Position numbers and translations under genes: made by a program | Shown: piece by piece, positions 1 to 10,781 of the stretch | Numbering within the stretch: position 1 is the stretch's first letter | Layout: every line of letters starts with the position of its first letter | Notes under the pieces: model-generated | Seen by the model: only the letters and a program-made list of their open reading frames with translations | Databases searched by the model: none | Told to the model about the DNA's origin: nothing | Source of the DNA: an uncultured Bacilli bacterium | GTDB taxonomy: Bacteria; Bacillota_I; Bacilli_A; RF39; UBA660 | Length of the DNA stretch: 64,000 nucleotides | Direction: 5' to 3' | Assembly (NCBI GenBank): GCA_934120715.1 | Contig: CAKOUW010000002.1 | Coordinates: 78,564-142,563 of the forward strand

Positions 1-773
1 ATTTAAAAGATAAATATACTAGAAATAGATATAGAAAATATATACTTCCATTCTTAAAGAATGAGGATAATAATGTACATTTAAAATTTTATAAATTTAG
101 TGAGACTTTAAGTGATGCTGAAAGGTTTATAAATAGGGCTAGAAATAATGCAATTAAGCGAGTTATTAATAATGGTGTTGTTGATATTGAAAAGTTTAAA
201 TTAGAGGATCAATTTTTACAAAAAGAAATATTATATTATTTACTTGATAGTTTTTATCAAGATGACTTGATTCTTTTAAATAATAAACATATTGATCTTA
301 TTATGAATTTGATTTATAGTAAAAAAGTCAATAGTTTTGTTAATTTACCTAATGATGTTGTTGCGAAAAAAAGTTATAATGTGCTAGAATTAGTCTTGGT
401 TACTAATGCAATTACTAATTATGAAATTGAGTTTAATGGTTATGTTACTTTACCAAATAATCATGTGATTGAAAAAGTAGATAGTTGTGATAGTAACAGT
501 AATAGTATATGTAGACTTAATAGTTCTGATGTTGTTTTACCTTTGATTGTTAGAACTAGAAGGATCGGTGATAAGATAAAGCTTAAGGGCATGATTGGTT
601 CTAGAAAAGTTAAAGATGTTTTTATTGATAAAAAGATTAAATTAGATGAAAGAGATTCTTGGCCAATTGTAGTTGATTCTGTTGGTAAAGTTGTATGGAT
701 ACCTGGAATTAAGAAATCTAAATTTGATAAGAAAAAAAGTGAAGACTATGATATAATATTGAAATATAGTTAG
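1..773 (+). CDS. tilS: tRNA(Ile)-lysidine synthetase, C-terminal part (5' end lies upstream of window)
   Basis: Frame 3 is open from position 3 through 773 with no stop. The translation (LKDKYTRNRYRKYILPFL...WPIVVDSVGKVVWIPGIKKS) matches the TilS C-terminal substrate-binding domain. ftsH follows directly, as in Firmicutes. Confidence 0.7.
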   Translation, partial: LKDKYTRNRYRKYILPFLKNEDNNVHLKFYKFSETLSDAERFINRARNNAIKRVINNGVVDIEKFKLEDQFLQKEILYYLLDSFYQDDLILLNNKHIDLIMNLIYSKKVNSFVNLPNDVVAKKSYNVLELVLVTNAITNYEIEFNGYVTLPNNHVIEKVDSCDSNSNSICRLNSSDVVLPLIVRTRRIGDKIKLKGMIGSRKVKDVFIDKKIKLDERDSWPIVVDSVGKVVWIPGIKKSKFDKKKSEDYDIILKYS

Positions 774-782
774 GAGGAATTT

Positions 783-2747
783 ATGAAGAAAAAAAATGTT
801 AAGAGAGGATTGTTGCCATATTTATTTTTAGCATTAGCTATGTTAGCTATATTTTATACTTTTAATGTAATGAATAAAGTGGTTAATGATTTAACTTATA
901 ATGAATTTATTGATGTAATGAACAAAGGTGAGGTAAAAGAATTAGAGCTTGTTGCAAGAGCTAATGCTTATACTTATGAAGTTAGAGGTACTTTAAAGGA
1001 TTACAAGGATAATGAGTCATTTTTTGTTAGACTTCCATTAAGTGATGAAGTAATGAAGAAGATTGTTAAGGCAAGTGATGAACAAGGATTTAAGTTTACT
1101 ACAATTCCTGATCCTGATTCGTCAACAGTTTTACTTTTTGTAGTTAATGTATTACCAATCTTATTATTAATTGTTGGTGCATTTTGGTTTTTAACTAGAC
1201 AAATGGCTGGTAATAAGAGTTCACTTGATTTTGGAAAAAGTAGAGCAAGACTTAATAGTGATAAAAATAAAGTTACTTTTAAAGATGTTGCTGGATTAAA
1301 AGAGGAAAAAGAAGAAGTAAAAGAACTTATTGATTTCTTAAAGAATCCTAAGAAATTCCAAAAATTAGGTGCTAGAATTCCTAAAGGTGTGTTATTATTT
1401 GGTCCTCCAGGAACTGGTAAAACTTTATTAGCTAAGGCTGTAGCAGGTGAGGCTAATGTTCCATTTTACTTTATAAGTGGATCTGACTTTGTTGAGTTAT
1501 TTGTTGGTGTTGGTGCTAGTCGTGTTAGAGATATGTTCCAACAAGCTAAGCGTAATGCGCCTTGTTTAATATTTATTGATGAAATTGATGCTGTTGGTCG
1601 TCAAAGAGGTACTGGTTTAGGTGGTGGTCATGATGAACGTGAACAAACTTTAAATCAATTACTTACTGAAATGGATGGTTTTGGTGCTAATGAAGGAATA
1701 ATCATTATTGCTGCTACTAATAGACCTGATGTATTAGATCCTGCTTTACTTCGTCCAGGAAGATTTGATAGACAGGTTACTGTTAATTTACCAGATATAA
1801 AAGAAAGACAAGAAATTTTAGCAGTACATGCAAAAAATAAAGTACTTGCTGATGGGATAACACTTGCTAATTTAGCTAAGAGAACTCCTGGTTTCAGTGG
1901 TGCTGATCTTGAAAACTTATTAAATGAAGCTGCACTTTTAGCAGTTCGTCGTAATAAAGAAAGTATTACTATGAGTGAAATAGATGAGGCTACTGATAGA
2001 GTACTTATGGGTCCTGCTAAAACGTCTCGTAAATATAGTGAGAATGATAGAAAACTTGTTGCTTACCATGAAGCTGGTCATGCTGTTATTGGTTTAAAAT
2101 TAAAAAATGCTAATGATGTTCAAAAGGTTACTATAATTCCTAGAGGCTCAGCTGGTGGTTATAATATGATGGTGCCTAGTGAGGAAAAATTATGCTCTAC
2201 TAAGACTGATTTACTAGAAGAAATAGTTGGTTTACTAGGTGGTAGAACTGCTGAAGAGATTACTTTTGGAGAAATAACAACCGGTGCACATAATGACTTT
2301 GAAAAGGCTACTAAGATTGCTAGAGCTATGGTTTGTGAATATGGAATGAGTGATTTAGGCCCTCTTCAATTTGAACAACAAGAAGGTAGTGTATTCTTAG
2401 GTAGAGATTATAATAAAGCGCAACACTTTTCAAATGAGGTTGCTAATGAAATAGATATGGAAATGCGTAAGATAATCAATTCTTGTCATGATAGAGCAAC
2501 TAAAATTATTAAAGAAAATAAAGAATTGTTAAAATTAATTGCTGAAGCTTTATTAGAGTATGAGACTTTAACAAAAGAACAAATTGATTACTTAGTAGAG
2601 AATAAAAAAATGCCTGAAGATTCAGATAATAATTATGAATTAATGTCTATTACTAAGCTTAGAAAAATAGCTAAAGAGAAGAACATTAAAGACTATGATA
2701 AATTAACAAAGGCTGAAATATTAAAAGAACTAGATAATTTGAACTAA
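783..2747 (+). CDS. ftsH: ATP-dependent zinc metalloprotease FtsH, with an extra ~50 aa C-terminal tail
   Basis: N-terminal TM segment, Walker A GPPGTGKT, Walker [13 protein letters not shown] region and Zn motif HEAGHA are all present. An RBS aggagg lies at 773-778. Confidence 0.95.
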   Translation: MKKKNVKRGLLPYLFLALAMLAIFYTFNVMNKVVNDLTYNEFIDVMNKGEVKELELVARANAYTYEVRGTLKDYKDNESFFVRLPLSDEVMKKIVKASDEQGFKFTTIPDPDSSTVLLFVVNVLPILLLIVGAFWFLTRQMAGNKSSLDFGKSRARLNSDKNKVTFKDVAGLKEEKEEVKELIDFLKNPKKFQKLGARIPKGVLLFGPPGTGKTLLAKAVAGEANVPFYFISGSDFVELFVGVGASRVRDMFQQAKRNAPCLIFIDEIDAVGRQRGTGLGGGHDEREQTLNQLLTEMDGFGANEGIIIIAATNRPDVLDPALLRPGRFDRQVTVNLPDIKERQEILAVHAKNKVLADGITLANLAKRTPGFSGADLENLLNEAALLAVRRNKESITMSEIDEATDRVLMGPAKTSRKYSENDRKLVAYHEAGHAVIGLKLKNANDVQKVTIIPRGSAGGYNMMVPSEEKLCSTKTDLLEEIVGLLGGRTAEEITFGEITTGAHNDFEKATKIARAMVCEYGMSDLGPLQFEQQEGSVFLGRDYNKAQHFSNEVANEIDMEMRKIINSCHDRATKIIKENKELLKLIAEALLEYETLTKEQIDYLVENKKMPEDSDNNYELMSITKLRKIAKEKNIKDYDKLTKAEILKELDNLN

Positions 2748-2862
2748 TTAGATAGTTCTTTTTCTTTGCAAATTTATTTAAATATATTATAATCTTTATT
2801 GAGATTTGAAGTTTGGTGGTGAGAAAATGAGTTCTAAAAACAAAAAAAATAAAAATAAGGAA

Positions 2863-3237
2863 ATGGTAACTAACTATATTTTGGAGTTTAAAAGTTTTAT
2901 TTCTAGAGGCAATGTTGTTGACATGGCTGTTGGTGTTATTGTTGGTACTGCTTTTAGTAAAATTATTGCAAGTTTGGTAAATGATATATTAATGCCTTTA
3001 ATTGGTATTATATTAGGTGGCCTTAAATTTAATTCCTTGACATTTACAGTACTTGGAGTTAAAGTAGCGTACGGAAGTTTTATTCAAACGATTGTTGACT
3101 TTCTAATTATATCTTTTTGCATATTTATGGTTATAAAATTCTTTGAAAGCTTTAAAAAGAAAGAGAAGCCTGTTGAAGCAGCAAAAAGTGCCGAAGTATT
3201 GTTATTAGAAGAAATTAGAGATTTATTAAAAAAATAA
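2863..3237 (+). CDS. mscL: large-conductance mechanosensitive channel MscL
   Basis: [31 protein letters not shown] is the canonical MscL N-terminus. An internal ATG at 2863 with RBS aagga is preferred over the ORF-track start at 2806. Confidence 0.8.
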   Translation: MVTNYILEFKSFISRGNVVDMAVGVIVGTAFSKIIASLVNDILMPLIGIILGGLKFNSLTFTVLGVKVAYGSFIQTIVDFLIISFCIFMVIKFFESFKKKEKPVEAAKSAEVLLLEEIRDLLKK

Positions 3238-3254
3238 TAGTTAGGAATTTTTAT

Positions 3255-4238
3255 ATGGAATGGAAAATTGGGGATTTACAAATTAAAAACCAGGTAGTGT
3301 TGGCTCCAATGGCTGGGATCTCTAATCCTGCTTATATGAAGATATTATCTGAGATGGGTTGTGGATTAGCAATTACTGAACTAATTAGTTCAGAAGCTAT
3401 AGTAAGAGGCAATAAAAAGACGTTTGAAATGCTTAATGGTATTGATACGGTTGATATGCCGGTTGGTGTTCAAATATTTGGCTCTGATCCTAGTGTGATG
3501 GCAAAAGCTGCTAAAATTATTACAGATCGTTATAATATTTCGTTAATAGATATTAATATGGGATGTCCTGTTCCTAAGGTTGCAGTTAGAGCTTCATCAG
3601 GTTCGGGATTACTTAGGTTTCCTGATCAAATATATAACATTGTTAGTTCTGTTGTTAAAGCGATTTCTATTCCTGTAACAGTAAAGATTAGAAGTGGTTG
3701 GGATAGTGAACATATTAATGCTGTTGAAGTTGCCAAAATTATAGAAAAAGCAGGGGCTAAGGCGATATTTGTTCATCCTAGAACTAGAAGCCAAGGTTAT
3801 TCTGGAAAAGCTGATTGGAGTATTATTAGTGAAGTAAAGAATGCTGTTTTAATTCCGGTTATTGGAAATGGTGATATAAAAACAGTAGAGGATGCTAAAA
3901 GAATGCTAGATGAAACTAAGTGTGATGCTATAATGATCGGTAGAGCTACAATGGGTAATCCTTGGATTATAAAAAACACTGTTAATTACTTAAATGGAGA
4001 TAGTTTAATTGTTCCTACGCCTGTTCAAAGAATAGATATGTGCTTACAGCATTTAAATTATTTATGTTCTTTTAGGGATGAACATTTGGCTTGTCTTGAG
4101 ATTAGAAATCATATAGCTTGGTATTTAAAAGGTATTAATGGTTCAAGTGATGTTAAAAAGAAAGTGTATAAAACTCATCAATTTTGTGATATAATTTCTA
4201 TATTAAATGAATTTAAGGAGGAAGTATTGAATGAATGA
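3255..4238 (+). CDS. dus: tRNA-dihydrouridine synthase (DusB-type)
   Basis: Dus family TIM-barrel signature ([10 protein letters not shown]...NMGCP...) and FMN-binding motifs. Confidence 0.9.
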   Translation: MEWKIGDLQIKNQVVLAPMAGISNPAYMKILSEMGCGLAITELISSEAIVRGNKKTFEMLNGIDTVDMPVGVQIFGSDPSVMAKAAKIITDRYNISLIDINMGCPVPKVAVRASSGSGLLRFPDQIYNIVSSVVKAISIPVTVKIRSGWDSEHINAVEVAKIIEKAGAKAIFVHPRTRSQGYSGKADWSIISEVKNAVLIPVIGNGDIKTVEDAKRMLDETKCDAIMIGRATMGNPWIIKNTVNYLNGDSLIVPTPVQRIDMCLQHLNYLCSFRDEHLACLEIRNHIAWYLKGINGSSDVKKKVYKTHQFCDIISILNEFKEEVLNE

Positions 4239-4866
4239 TGGTTTTATAAAGCCCCTTTTTATACAAAGACTGGGTGCATTTATATTGGATAGTATGTTAA
4301 TTGCTTTACTTGTTTCTCTTATTGGTGGATTTTTTGTAGATCAAAAGTCTATTAATAAGATTCAAGAGGATATGGTACAAATACAAGAAAAGTATATTAA
4401 TAAAGATATTAGTACAAAAACGTATTTGGCTGAAAGTTTATCACTTTCATTTCAATCTGCTCAAAAGCAAGGGATTGTTACTTTAATTTCTATATTTTTA
4501 TCTATAATGTATTTCATTGTTTATCAATTTTATAATAAGGGACAAACTCTTGGTAAAAAGATATTTAAAATTAAGGTGGCTAAATATGGTTCTGGTGAGT
4601 TAACTATAAATAGTATGATATTTAGATCATTAATTATCAATTCTATTTTTGTTGATATGGTTATATTTGCTTTTGTTGCTATTTCTAATTTTAATATGTA
4701 TCGTTATGGTGGAATGGTATTTAGAGGTATTGATTACTTTGTGTCATTTACTAGTTTATTTATGATAATGTTTAGTAAGAGTGGAAGAGGTATTCACGAT
4801 TATATAGCTGGCACAATTGTTGTGAGAGCTGATGGAGTAAAGGAGAGAGAATTATGCGAGAGTTAA
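4231..4866 (+). CDS. RDD-family membrane protein
   Basis: Three TM segments and a C-terminal [16 protein letters not shown]-type motif. It overlaps the dus stop and the lysS start. Confidence 0.55.
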   Translation: MNDGFIKPLFIQRLGAFILDSMLIALLVSLIGGFFVDQKSINKIQEDMVQIQEKYINKDISTKTYLAESLSLSFQSAQKQGIVTLISIFLSIMYFIVYQFYNKGQTLGKKIFKIKVAKYGSGELTINSMIFRSLIINSIFVDMVIFAFVAISNFNMYRYGGMVFRGIDYFVSFTSLFMIMFSKSGRGIHDYIAGTIVVRADGVKERELCES

Positions 4867-6335
4867 GTGAACAAGAATTAGTTCGTAGACAAAAAGCTTT
4901 AGATATTAGAGCTTTAGGAATTGATCCATTTGGTAGTAGGTTTGATGTTACTACTAATTCCTTAGGAATAAAGGAAAAATATTCTAATATGTCAAAAGAA
5001 GATTTAGCTGAGATGGAAATACCTGTAGTTGTTGCTGGAAGAATAATGACTAAAAGGCGTAAGGGAAAAGCTGGTTTCTTTCATATTCAAGATAGGGATG
5101 GACAATTACAGATTTATATTAGACAAGATGCTGTTGGAGAAGATGTTTATGAATTATTTAAAAAGTCTGATATTGGAGATATTGTAGGAATACATGGTAT
5201 TATTTTTAGAACAGATACTGGTGAATTAAGTGTTAGGGCTACAAAATATATTCATTTAGTTAAGGCACTAAAGCCGCTTCCTGAAAAATTTCATGGATTA
5301 ACTGATATAGAAGAAAGATACAGACGCAGGTATGTTGATTTAATAATGAATGAAGAATCAAGACGTGTTGCTTTTATGAGACCTAAGATTATCAGATGTA
5401 TTCAAAATTTTATGGATAATAGAGGTTTTGTTGAAGTAGAAACACCAATTTTATCTACACTTTTAACTGGTGCTTCTGCTAGACCTTTTGTTACTCATCA
5501 TAATGCACAAGATTTAGACATGTATTTAAGAATAGCGCTAGAATTACCATTAAAGAGATTATTAGTTGGTGGAATGGAAGCTGTTTATGAAATTGGACGT
5601 GTATTTAGAAATGAAGGTATGGATCCAAAGCATAATCCAGAATTTACTTTGATGGAAGCTTATCTTGCTTATAGTGATTTAGAAGGAATGATGGATTTAA
5701 CTGAAAAGATGTATCAAACAATAGCTAAAGAAGTATTTGGTAAGATGACATATAATTTCAGTGGTTATGAAATAAATCTTGAAGGACCTTGGAAGAGGGT
5801 ATGTATGACTGATGCTATTAAGGAAAAGACTGGCATTGACTTTAGAAGTGAAATGACTGTTGATGAAGCTTTAAAGCTTGCTGAAGAGCATCATATTGAA
5901 GTACAAGAACATGAGAAGACTGTTGGACATATAACTAATTTATTCTTTGAAAAATATGTTGAGGAAACTTTGATTCAACCAACATTCTTATATGGTCACC
6001 CAATTGAAGTTTCTCCACTTACTAAAAAGAATCCTGAAGATGGAAGGTTTGTTGATAGATTTGAATTATTTATAGCAGGAAAAGAATTTGCTAATGCATA
6101 TACTGAATTAAATGATCCTATTGATCAACTTGAAAGATTTGAAAAACAAATCGAGGAAAAAGATAAGGGTAATGAGGAAGCAACTGATATTGATATGGAC
6201 TTTATTGAAGCTCTTGAATACGGTATGCCACCAGCTGGTGGAATTGGATATGGTATTGATAGATTATGTATGTTATTCTTAGAGCAAGATTCTATTAGAG
6301 ATGTATTGTTATTCCCTACAATGAAACAAAAATAG
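4854..6335 (+). CDS. lysS: lysyl-tRNA synthetase (class II)
   Basis: N-terminal OB anticodon-binding domain and class II motifs 1-3 (FRNEG...GGIGYGIDR). Confidence 0.95.
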   Translation: MRELSEQELVRRQKALDIRALGIDPFGSRFDVTTNSLGIKEKYSNMSKEDLAEMEIPVVVAGRIMTKRRKGKAGFFHIQDRDGQLQIYIRQDAVGEDVYELFKKSDIGDIVGIHGIIFRTDTGELSVRATKYIHLVKALKPLPEKFHGLTDIEERYRRRYVDLIMNEESRRVAFMRPKIIRCIQNFMDNRGFVEVETPILSTLLTGASARPFVTHHNAQDLDMYLRIALELPLKRLLVGGMEAVYEIGRVFRNEGMDPKHNPEFTLMEAYLAYSDLEGMMDLTEKMYQTIAKEVFGKMTYNFSGYEINLEGPWKRVCMTDAIKEKTGIDFRSEMTVDEALKLAEEHHIEVQEHEKTVGHITNLFFEKYVEETLIQPTFLYGHPIEVSPLTKKNPEDGRFVDRFELFIAGKEFANAYTELNDPIDQLERFEKQIEEKDKGNEEATDIDMDFIEALEYGMPPAGGIGYGIDRLCMLFLEQDSIRDVLLFPTMKQK

Positions 6336-6345
6336 TTAAAATTAA

Positions 6346-6376
6346 CTGACCAAAGCGGTCAGTTTTGTTTTTTTTC
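6346..6376 (+). terminator. rho-independent terminator after lysS
   Basis: Hairpin ctgaccaaagcggtcag followed by a T-run. Confidence 0.7.
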
Positions 6377-6453
6377 ATTAAATTTTTCCAAAAAAACTTT
6401 AAATTCCTTGTAAAATAAGGCACTTGTAGTATAATTATAGTGGGAGGTTAAAA

Positions 6454-8400
6454 ATGAAAAAGAATAAAATAATTAAAGTCGTTCTTGTTACAGTATTAGT
6501 ACTTATGCTATTTACTTGGATATTTCCGGCTGCTTATTTTTCAGGTGAATATACTGAGCAAGGTCGCATTCAAATGGGTATTTTTGATTTATTCAATTAT
6601 CCAGTTACAGCATTGTCTTATTTTGGACATATTGCATTATTCCTTTTAATTATTGGAGGCTTTTATGGAGTTTTATATAAGATTCCTGCTTATAATAGTT
6701 TTTTAAATAAAGTTTCTGATAAATTAAAGAAAAATGGAAAATTTGTAATTTCACTTATTGCTATAATAAATGCTATTTTAGTTTCAATATGTGGTTTACA
6801 AATAGGAGCTCTTGTCTTTTTCCCAATGTTAGTTTCAATCATTATTTTAATGGGATACGATAAGATGACAGCAGCTTTAACTTTAATTGGTTCTACAGTT
6901 GTTGGTTTAGCTGGAACAACATTAGCATATTCTAATGAAAGCATTATTTTATCAGTTCTTGGAGTTGACTTTACTTATGAAATGCTTACTAGGGTAGTAG
7001 TTTTATTAATTGGTTTAGTTCTTTTAATATTTAATATTGTTATATATATTAGAAAACGTGAATTAGTTTTAATATCTAGTACTAAGGAAGTTAAAAAGTC
7101 TACTAGTAAGGCAGAAGTAGTTAAAGAAGTTAAGGATACTAAAAAGACAAGTGTTAAAACTTCTAATACTAAAGCTTCAAGTGCAAAGAAGAGTAATTCT
7201 TCAAAGGCTACTATTAAAAAGTCTTCTAAATCTAGCCGTAAGGATATAAAAGCAGCTGTTAAGGAAGATGATGTAATAGTCGTTAAGGATCAATCTGATG
7301 ATAGTTATTTAGTTCCACAAAATAGTGATAAAGTTAATCATAGTATATGGCCATTTGTAGTTTCATTTAGCATTTTATTTGTTATAATGGTTTTGGCTTT
7401 TATTTCTTGGTCAACTGGATTTAATAATACTGCATTTACAAGTGCAACATCTTCAGTTTTAGATTTTGAATTGTTTGGTTTCCCACTTTTTGGAAAACTA
7501 CTAGGAACAGTTAAAGAATTTGGTTCTTGGACAATTGTTGATCTTAGTGTTGTAATGTTCTTTGTACTATTATTCTTAACAATAGTATACAAGACAAAGT
7601 GTAGTGATATTTGTGAAGGATTTATGGATGGCTTAAAAAAGGCTCTTCCTTTAGGAGTTATTGTAATATTAGTTTATACTTGTTTAGTAATTACAACTTA
7701 TCATCCATTCCAATTAGTTATTTATAAGTCATTACTTGCTCTTTCTAATAAGCTTGATGCTTTTATTGGTATGATAGTTGGTATGATTGCTGGTGTCTTT
7801 AATGTAGATCCATTATATGCATATCAAAGTGTATTACCTTATTTAGCAAGTATTACTGATAATACTAATTTATATCCTATTATTGGAGCTTTATTCCAGG
7901 CTGCTTATGGACTTTCTATGTTAATAGCACCAACTAGTGTTGTATTAATGTGTGTATTATGTTATTTAGATGTTCCATATACTAAATGGATTAAGACTAT
8001 CTGGAAATTACTATTAGAATTATTTGTTATATTTACTGTATTATTTATAGTATCTGGTTTATCATTCTTAGTAGGTTTAGGCATTGTAGTTTCTATAATA
8101 GTAATTATTATGATGTATGTTGCTTACTGGAAGGTTTTTGAAAAAGCTGGTCAAAAAGGTTGGGCTGCTTTAGTTCCTTTCTATAATGCATATGTATTAT
8201 TTAAAATTGCTGGTTATAATGGTTGGTTATCATTACTTATGCTTATACCTATTGTTAATATAGTATTTATGATATTAGTTGATGTTAAGTTAGCTCATAA
8301 ATTTGGTAAAAGTAGTGGCTTTGTAGTTGGTCTTATTTTATTACCATTTGTATTCTATATGATATTAGCACTTGATAAATCTAAATATAATAATAAATAA
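6454..8400 (+). CDS. polytopic membrane protein with a YfcC/DcuC-like N-terminal half, a K/S-rich low-complexity insertion and a C-terminal small membrane domain (WKVFEKAG...VPFYNAYVLFKIAG)
   Basis: The N-terminus resembles the YfcC family (GYDKMTAAL..., multiple TMs). It has its own sigma-A-like promoter (TTGTAA-17-TATAAT at 6409-6437) and RBS ggaggt. Confidence 0.5.
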   Translation: MKKNKIIKVVLVTVLVLMLFTWIFPAAYFSGEYTEQGRIQMGIFDLFNYPVTALSYFGHIALFLLIIGGFYGVLYKIPAYNSFLNKVSDKLKKNGKFVISLIAIINAILVSICGLQIGALVFFPMLVSIIILMGYDKMTAALTLIGSTVVGLAGTTLAYSNESIILSVLGVDFTYEMLTRVVVLLIGLVLLIFNIVIYIRKRELVLISSTKEVKKSTSKAEVVKEVKDTKKTSVKTSNTKASSAKKSNSSKATIKKSSKSSRKDIKAAVKEDDVIVVKDQSDDSYLVPQNSDKVNHSIWPFVVSFSILFVIMVLAFISWSTGFNNTAFTSATSSVLDFELFGFPLFGKLLGTVKEFGSWTIVDLSVVMFFVLLFLTIVYKTKCSDICEGFMDGLKKALPLGVIVILVYTCLVITTYHPFQLVIYKSLLALSNKLDAFIGMIVGMIAGVFNVDPLYAYQSVLPYLASITDNTNLYPIIGALFQAAYGLSMLIAPTSVVLMCVLCYLDVPYTKWIKTIWKLLLELFVIFTVLFIVSGLSFLVGLGIVVSIIVIIMMYVAYWKVFEKAGQKGWAALVPFYNAYVLFKIAGYNGWLSLLMLIPIVNIVFMILVDVKLAHKFGKSSGFVVGLILLPFVFYMILALDKSKYNNK

Positions 8401-8404
8401 TATT

Positions 8405-8428
8405 AGAGGCTTAGGCCTCTTTTTTTTG
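8405..8428 (+). terminator. rho-independent terminator
   Basis: agaggcttaggcctct followed by T8. Confidence 0.75.
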
Positions 8429-8502
8429 GTATTTTGTCTTTTTTTTGGGTATGTCTTTTATTGATTTTGATTATGTTATGGCTCTAAAATTATATTAAGG
8501 AG

Positions 8503-10740
8503 ATGATATTGATGTTTTCAAAATTTGATGAAGATGCTCAAAAAGTTTTAGTTATGGCCAAAAAGGAAATGAGTTTGTTGAAACATCCATATGTTGGTAG
8601 TGAGCATCTTTTATTATCAATTTTGCATAATATAGATTTAGAGGTTACACAATTGTTAAATGAATACCAGATAACTTATGAAAAATATAGAGATGAAATT
8701 ATCAGGGTTATTGGGAAGGGTAAAGTTAGTAATAGTTGGTATTTGTATACTCCATTATTAAAGAGAATAATAGAGAATGCTGTTTTAGATAGTAAAGAAG
8801 ATAATAGTATTGTAACTGTGGAAAAACTATTTATTTCTTTATTAGAAGAAGGTGATGGTGTTGCGAATAGAATTTTACTTGGTATGAATGTTGATACTGA
8901 TTTATTGTATGAAAAATTTTCTAATAGAATGTCTTATCATAATGGTAAAAGAAAGAGTAGTCTATTGTTAGAAGAATATGCTACTGATTTGAATAAGAAA
9001 TATATTGATGATGGTTTTGATCCTGTTATTGGTAGAGATGATAAGGTTATAAGATTGATTGAGATCTTATTAAGAAGAACTAAAAATAATCCTTTATTAA
9101 TAGGAGATGCTGGTGTTGGTAAAACGGCTATTGTTGAGGAATTGGTTAGGCGAATAGTAAATGGTAGGGTTCCAAGAAAACTTGAAAATAATAGGGTTCT
9201 AAGTATATCTATGGCAGGTTTAATTTCTGGCACTAAGTATCGGGGTGAATTTGAGGAGCGTATAAATAAAATTATTAGTGAATTAGAAAGGGAAAAAGAT
9301 ATAATTTTATTTATAGATGAGATACATACTTTAGTAGGAGCTGGTGGTGCTGAGGGAGCAATTGATGCTTCAAATATTTTAAAACCATATTTGGCTAGGG
9401 GAAAAATTAGAATTATTGGTGCTACTACTACTGGTGAATATAAAAAGTATATGGAAAAGGATAAGGCCTTAGATAGAAGATTTCAAAAAGTTTATATAGA
9501 GGAGCCAACTGCTTATGATACTGAAAAAATACTTTTAAAACTTAGAGAAATTTATGAAAATTATCATGGAGTAAAAATAGATGATGAAATTATTAAATTA
9601 ATTGTTAATGTAGCTGAAAGATATGTTAATACGGGAAAATTTCCAGATAAGGCTATTGATATTTTAGATGAAGCTTGTTGCAAGACGGTGATTGTAGATA
9701 ATTCTTTTGAAGCTAAGCAGAAGCAATTATTAGTTAAGATAAATGATATTAAAAGTGAGAAGAATAAGGCAATTATGAATCACGATTATAGACTTGCTAG
9801 TTCGTTGAAAGAGCAACAAATGGGATTAGAGAGTAAACTTAATAAAAATTTTATTAAGAGTATGAATAACAATGTAGTCAAGGCTATTACTAGTGATATT
9901 GTTTATGATGTTGTTTATGCTAAAACAAAAATTCCTGTTAAAGATTTAATTGAGTTTGATAGAAATAGCATTTATAAGAGTTTGACGGATATTGTTAAAG
10001 GGCAAGATGTGGCTATTAATAGTTTATTAGATGTGACTTTGAGCCATAAAATTAATAAAAGAGTACCATATTCTCTATTATTAGTTGGTAAAAGTGGTGT
10101 TGGAAAAACATTTTTGGTAAAGGAGTATGCTAGATTATTATATCCTAAAGATGCATTTATTAGAATCGACATGAGTGAATTTAAGGAAAGACACACAATA
10201 AGCAAAATAATAGGGTCTCCTCCGGGGTATGTTGGTTTTAGTGAGAACAACTATGTCTTAGATAAAGTTAAAAATAATCCATATTCTGTTATTTTACTTG
10301 ATGAGATAGAAAAAGCACATCCTGATGTTTTAAAATTATTTTTACAAGTTTTTGATGATGGTCATATGACAGACTCATCAGGTGAGGTTATTAATTTTGC
10401 AAATACTACTATATTTATGACTTCTAATCTTGGAGCTAATTCTAGGTCAGTTGGATTTTTAAGTAGAAATGATGTTGTTTCAAATAAGTTTAAATCTTTT
10501 TTAGGAGTGGAATTTGTTAATAGAATTGATAGGATAATATATTTTAATTCTATTGATTCTAAAACAATCGGTAATATTATACGAGATAGGGCTTTGAATT
10601 TAGGCCTTGATAAAAAAATTATTTCCACAGAATTTGTGGATAAAGTAAAAAAAGAATGTAATTATGATGAATTTGGTGCTCGACATGTGGATAAAGTTTT
10701 ACGCAATTATTTAAATGACGAAATAAATATTAATCCTTAG
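8503..10740 (+). CDS. clpC: ATP-dependent Clp protease ATP-binding subunit ClpC-like (Clp_N repeats, D1, short M-domain, D2)
   Basis: Clp N-domain, D1 Walker A GDAGVGKTA, D2 Walker A GKSGVGKT and Walker B ILLDEIEKA, and a GYVGF segment. Confidence 0.85.
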   Translation: MILMFSKFDEDAQKVLVMAKKEMSLLKHPYVGSEHLLLSILHNIDLEVTQLLNEYQITYEKYRDEIIRVIGKGKVSNSWYLYTPLLKRIIENAVLDSKEDNSIVTVEKLFISLLEEGDGVANRILLGMNVDTDLLYEKFSNRMSYHNGKRKSSLLLEEYATDLNKKYIDDGFDPVIGRDDKVIRLIEILLRRTKNNPLLIGDAGVGKTAIVEELVRRIVNGRVPRKLENNRVLSISMAGLISGTKYRGEFEERINKIISELEREKDIILFIDEIHTLVGAGGAEGAIDASNILKPYLARGKIRIIGATTTGEYKKYMEKDKALDRRFQKVYIEEPTAYDTEKILLKLREIYENYHGVKIDDEIIKLIVNVAERYVNTGKFPDKAIDILDEACCKTVIVDNSFEAKQKQLLVKINDIKSEKNKAIMNHDYRLASSLKEQQMGLESKLNKNFIKSMNNNVVKAITSDIVYDVVYAKTKIPVKDLIEFDRNSIYKSLTDIVKGQDVAINSLLDVTLSHKINKRVPYSLLLVGKSGVGKTFLVKEYARLLYPKDAFIRIDMSEFKERHTISKIIGSPPGYVGFSENNYVLDKVKNNPYSVILLDEIEKAHPDVLKLFLQVFDDGHMTDSSGEVINFANTTIFMTSNLGANSRSVGFLSRNDVVSNKFKSFLGVEFVNRIDRIIYFNSIDSKTIGNIIRDRALNLGLDKKIISTEFVDKVKKECNYDEFGARHVDKVLRNYLNDEININP

Positions 10741-10781
10741 TTTATTTTTTATATTCATTATGATATACTATCGTCAACGAG

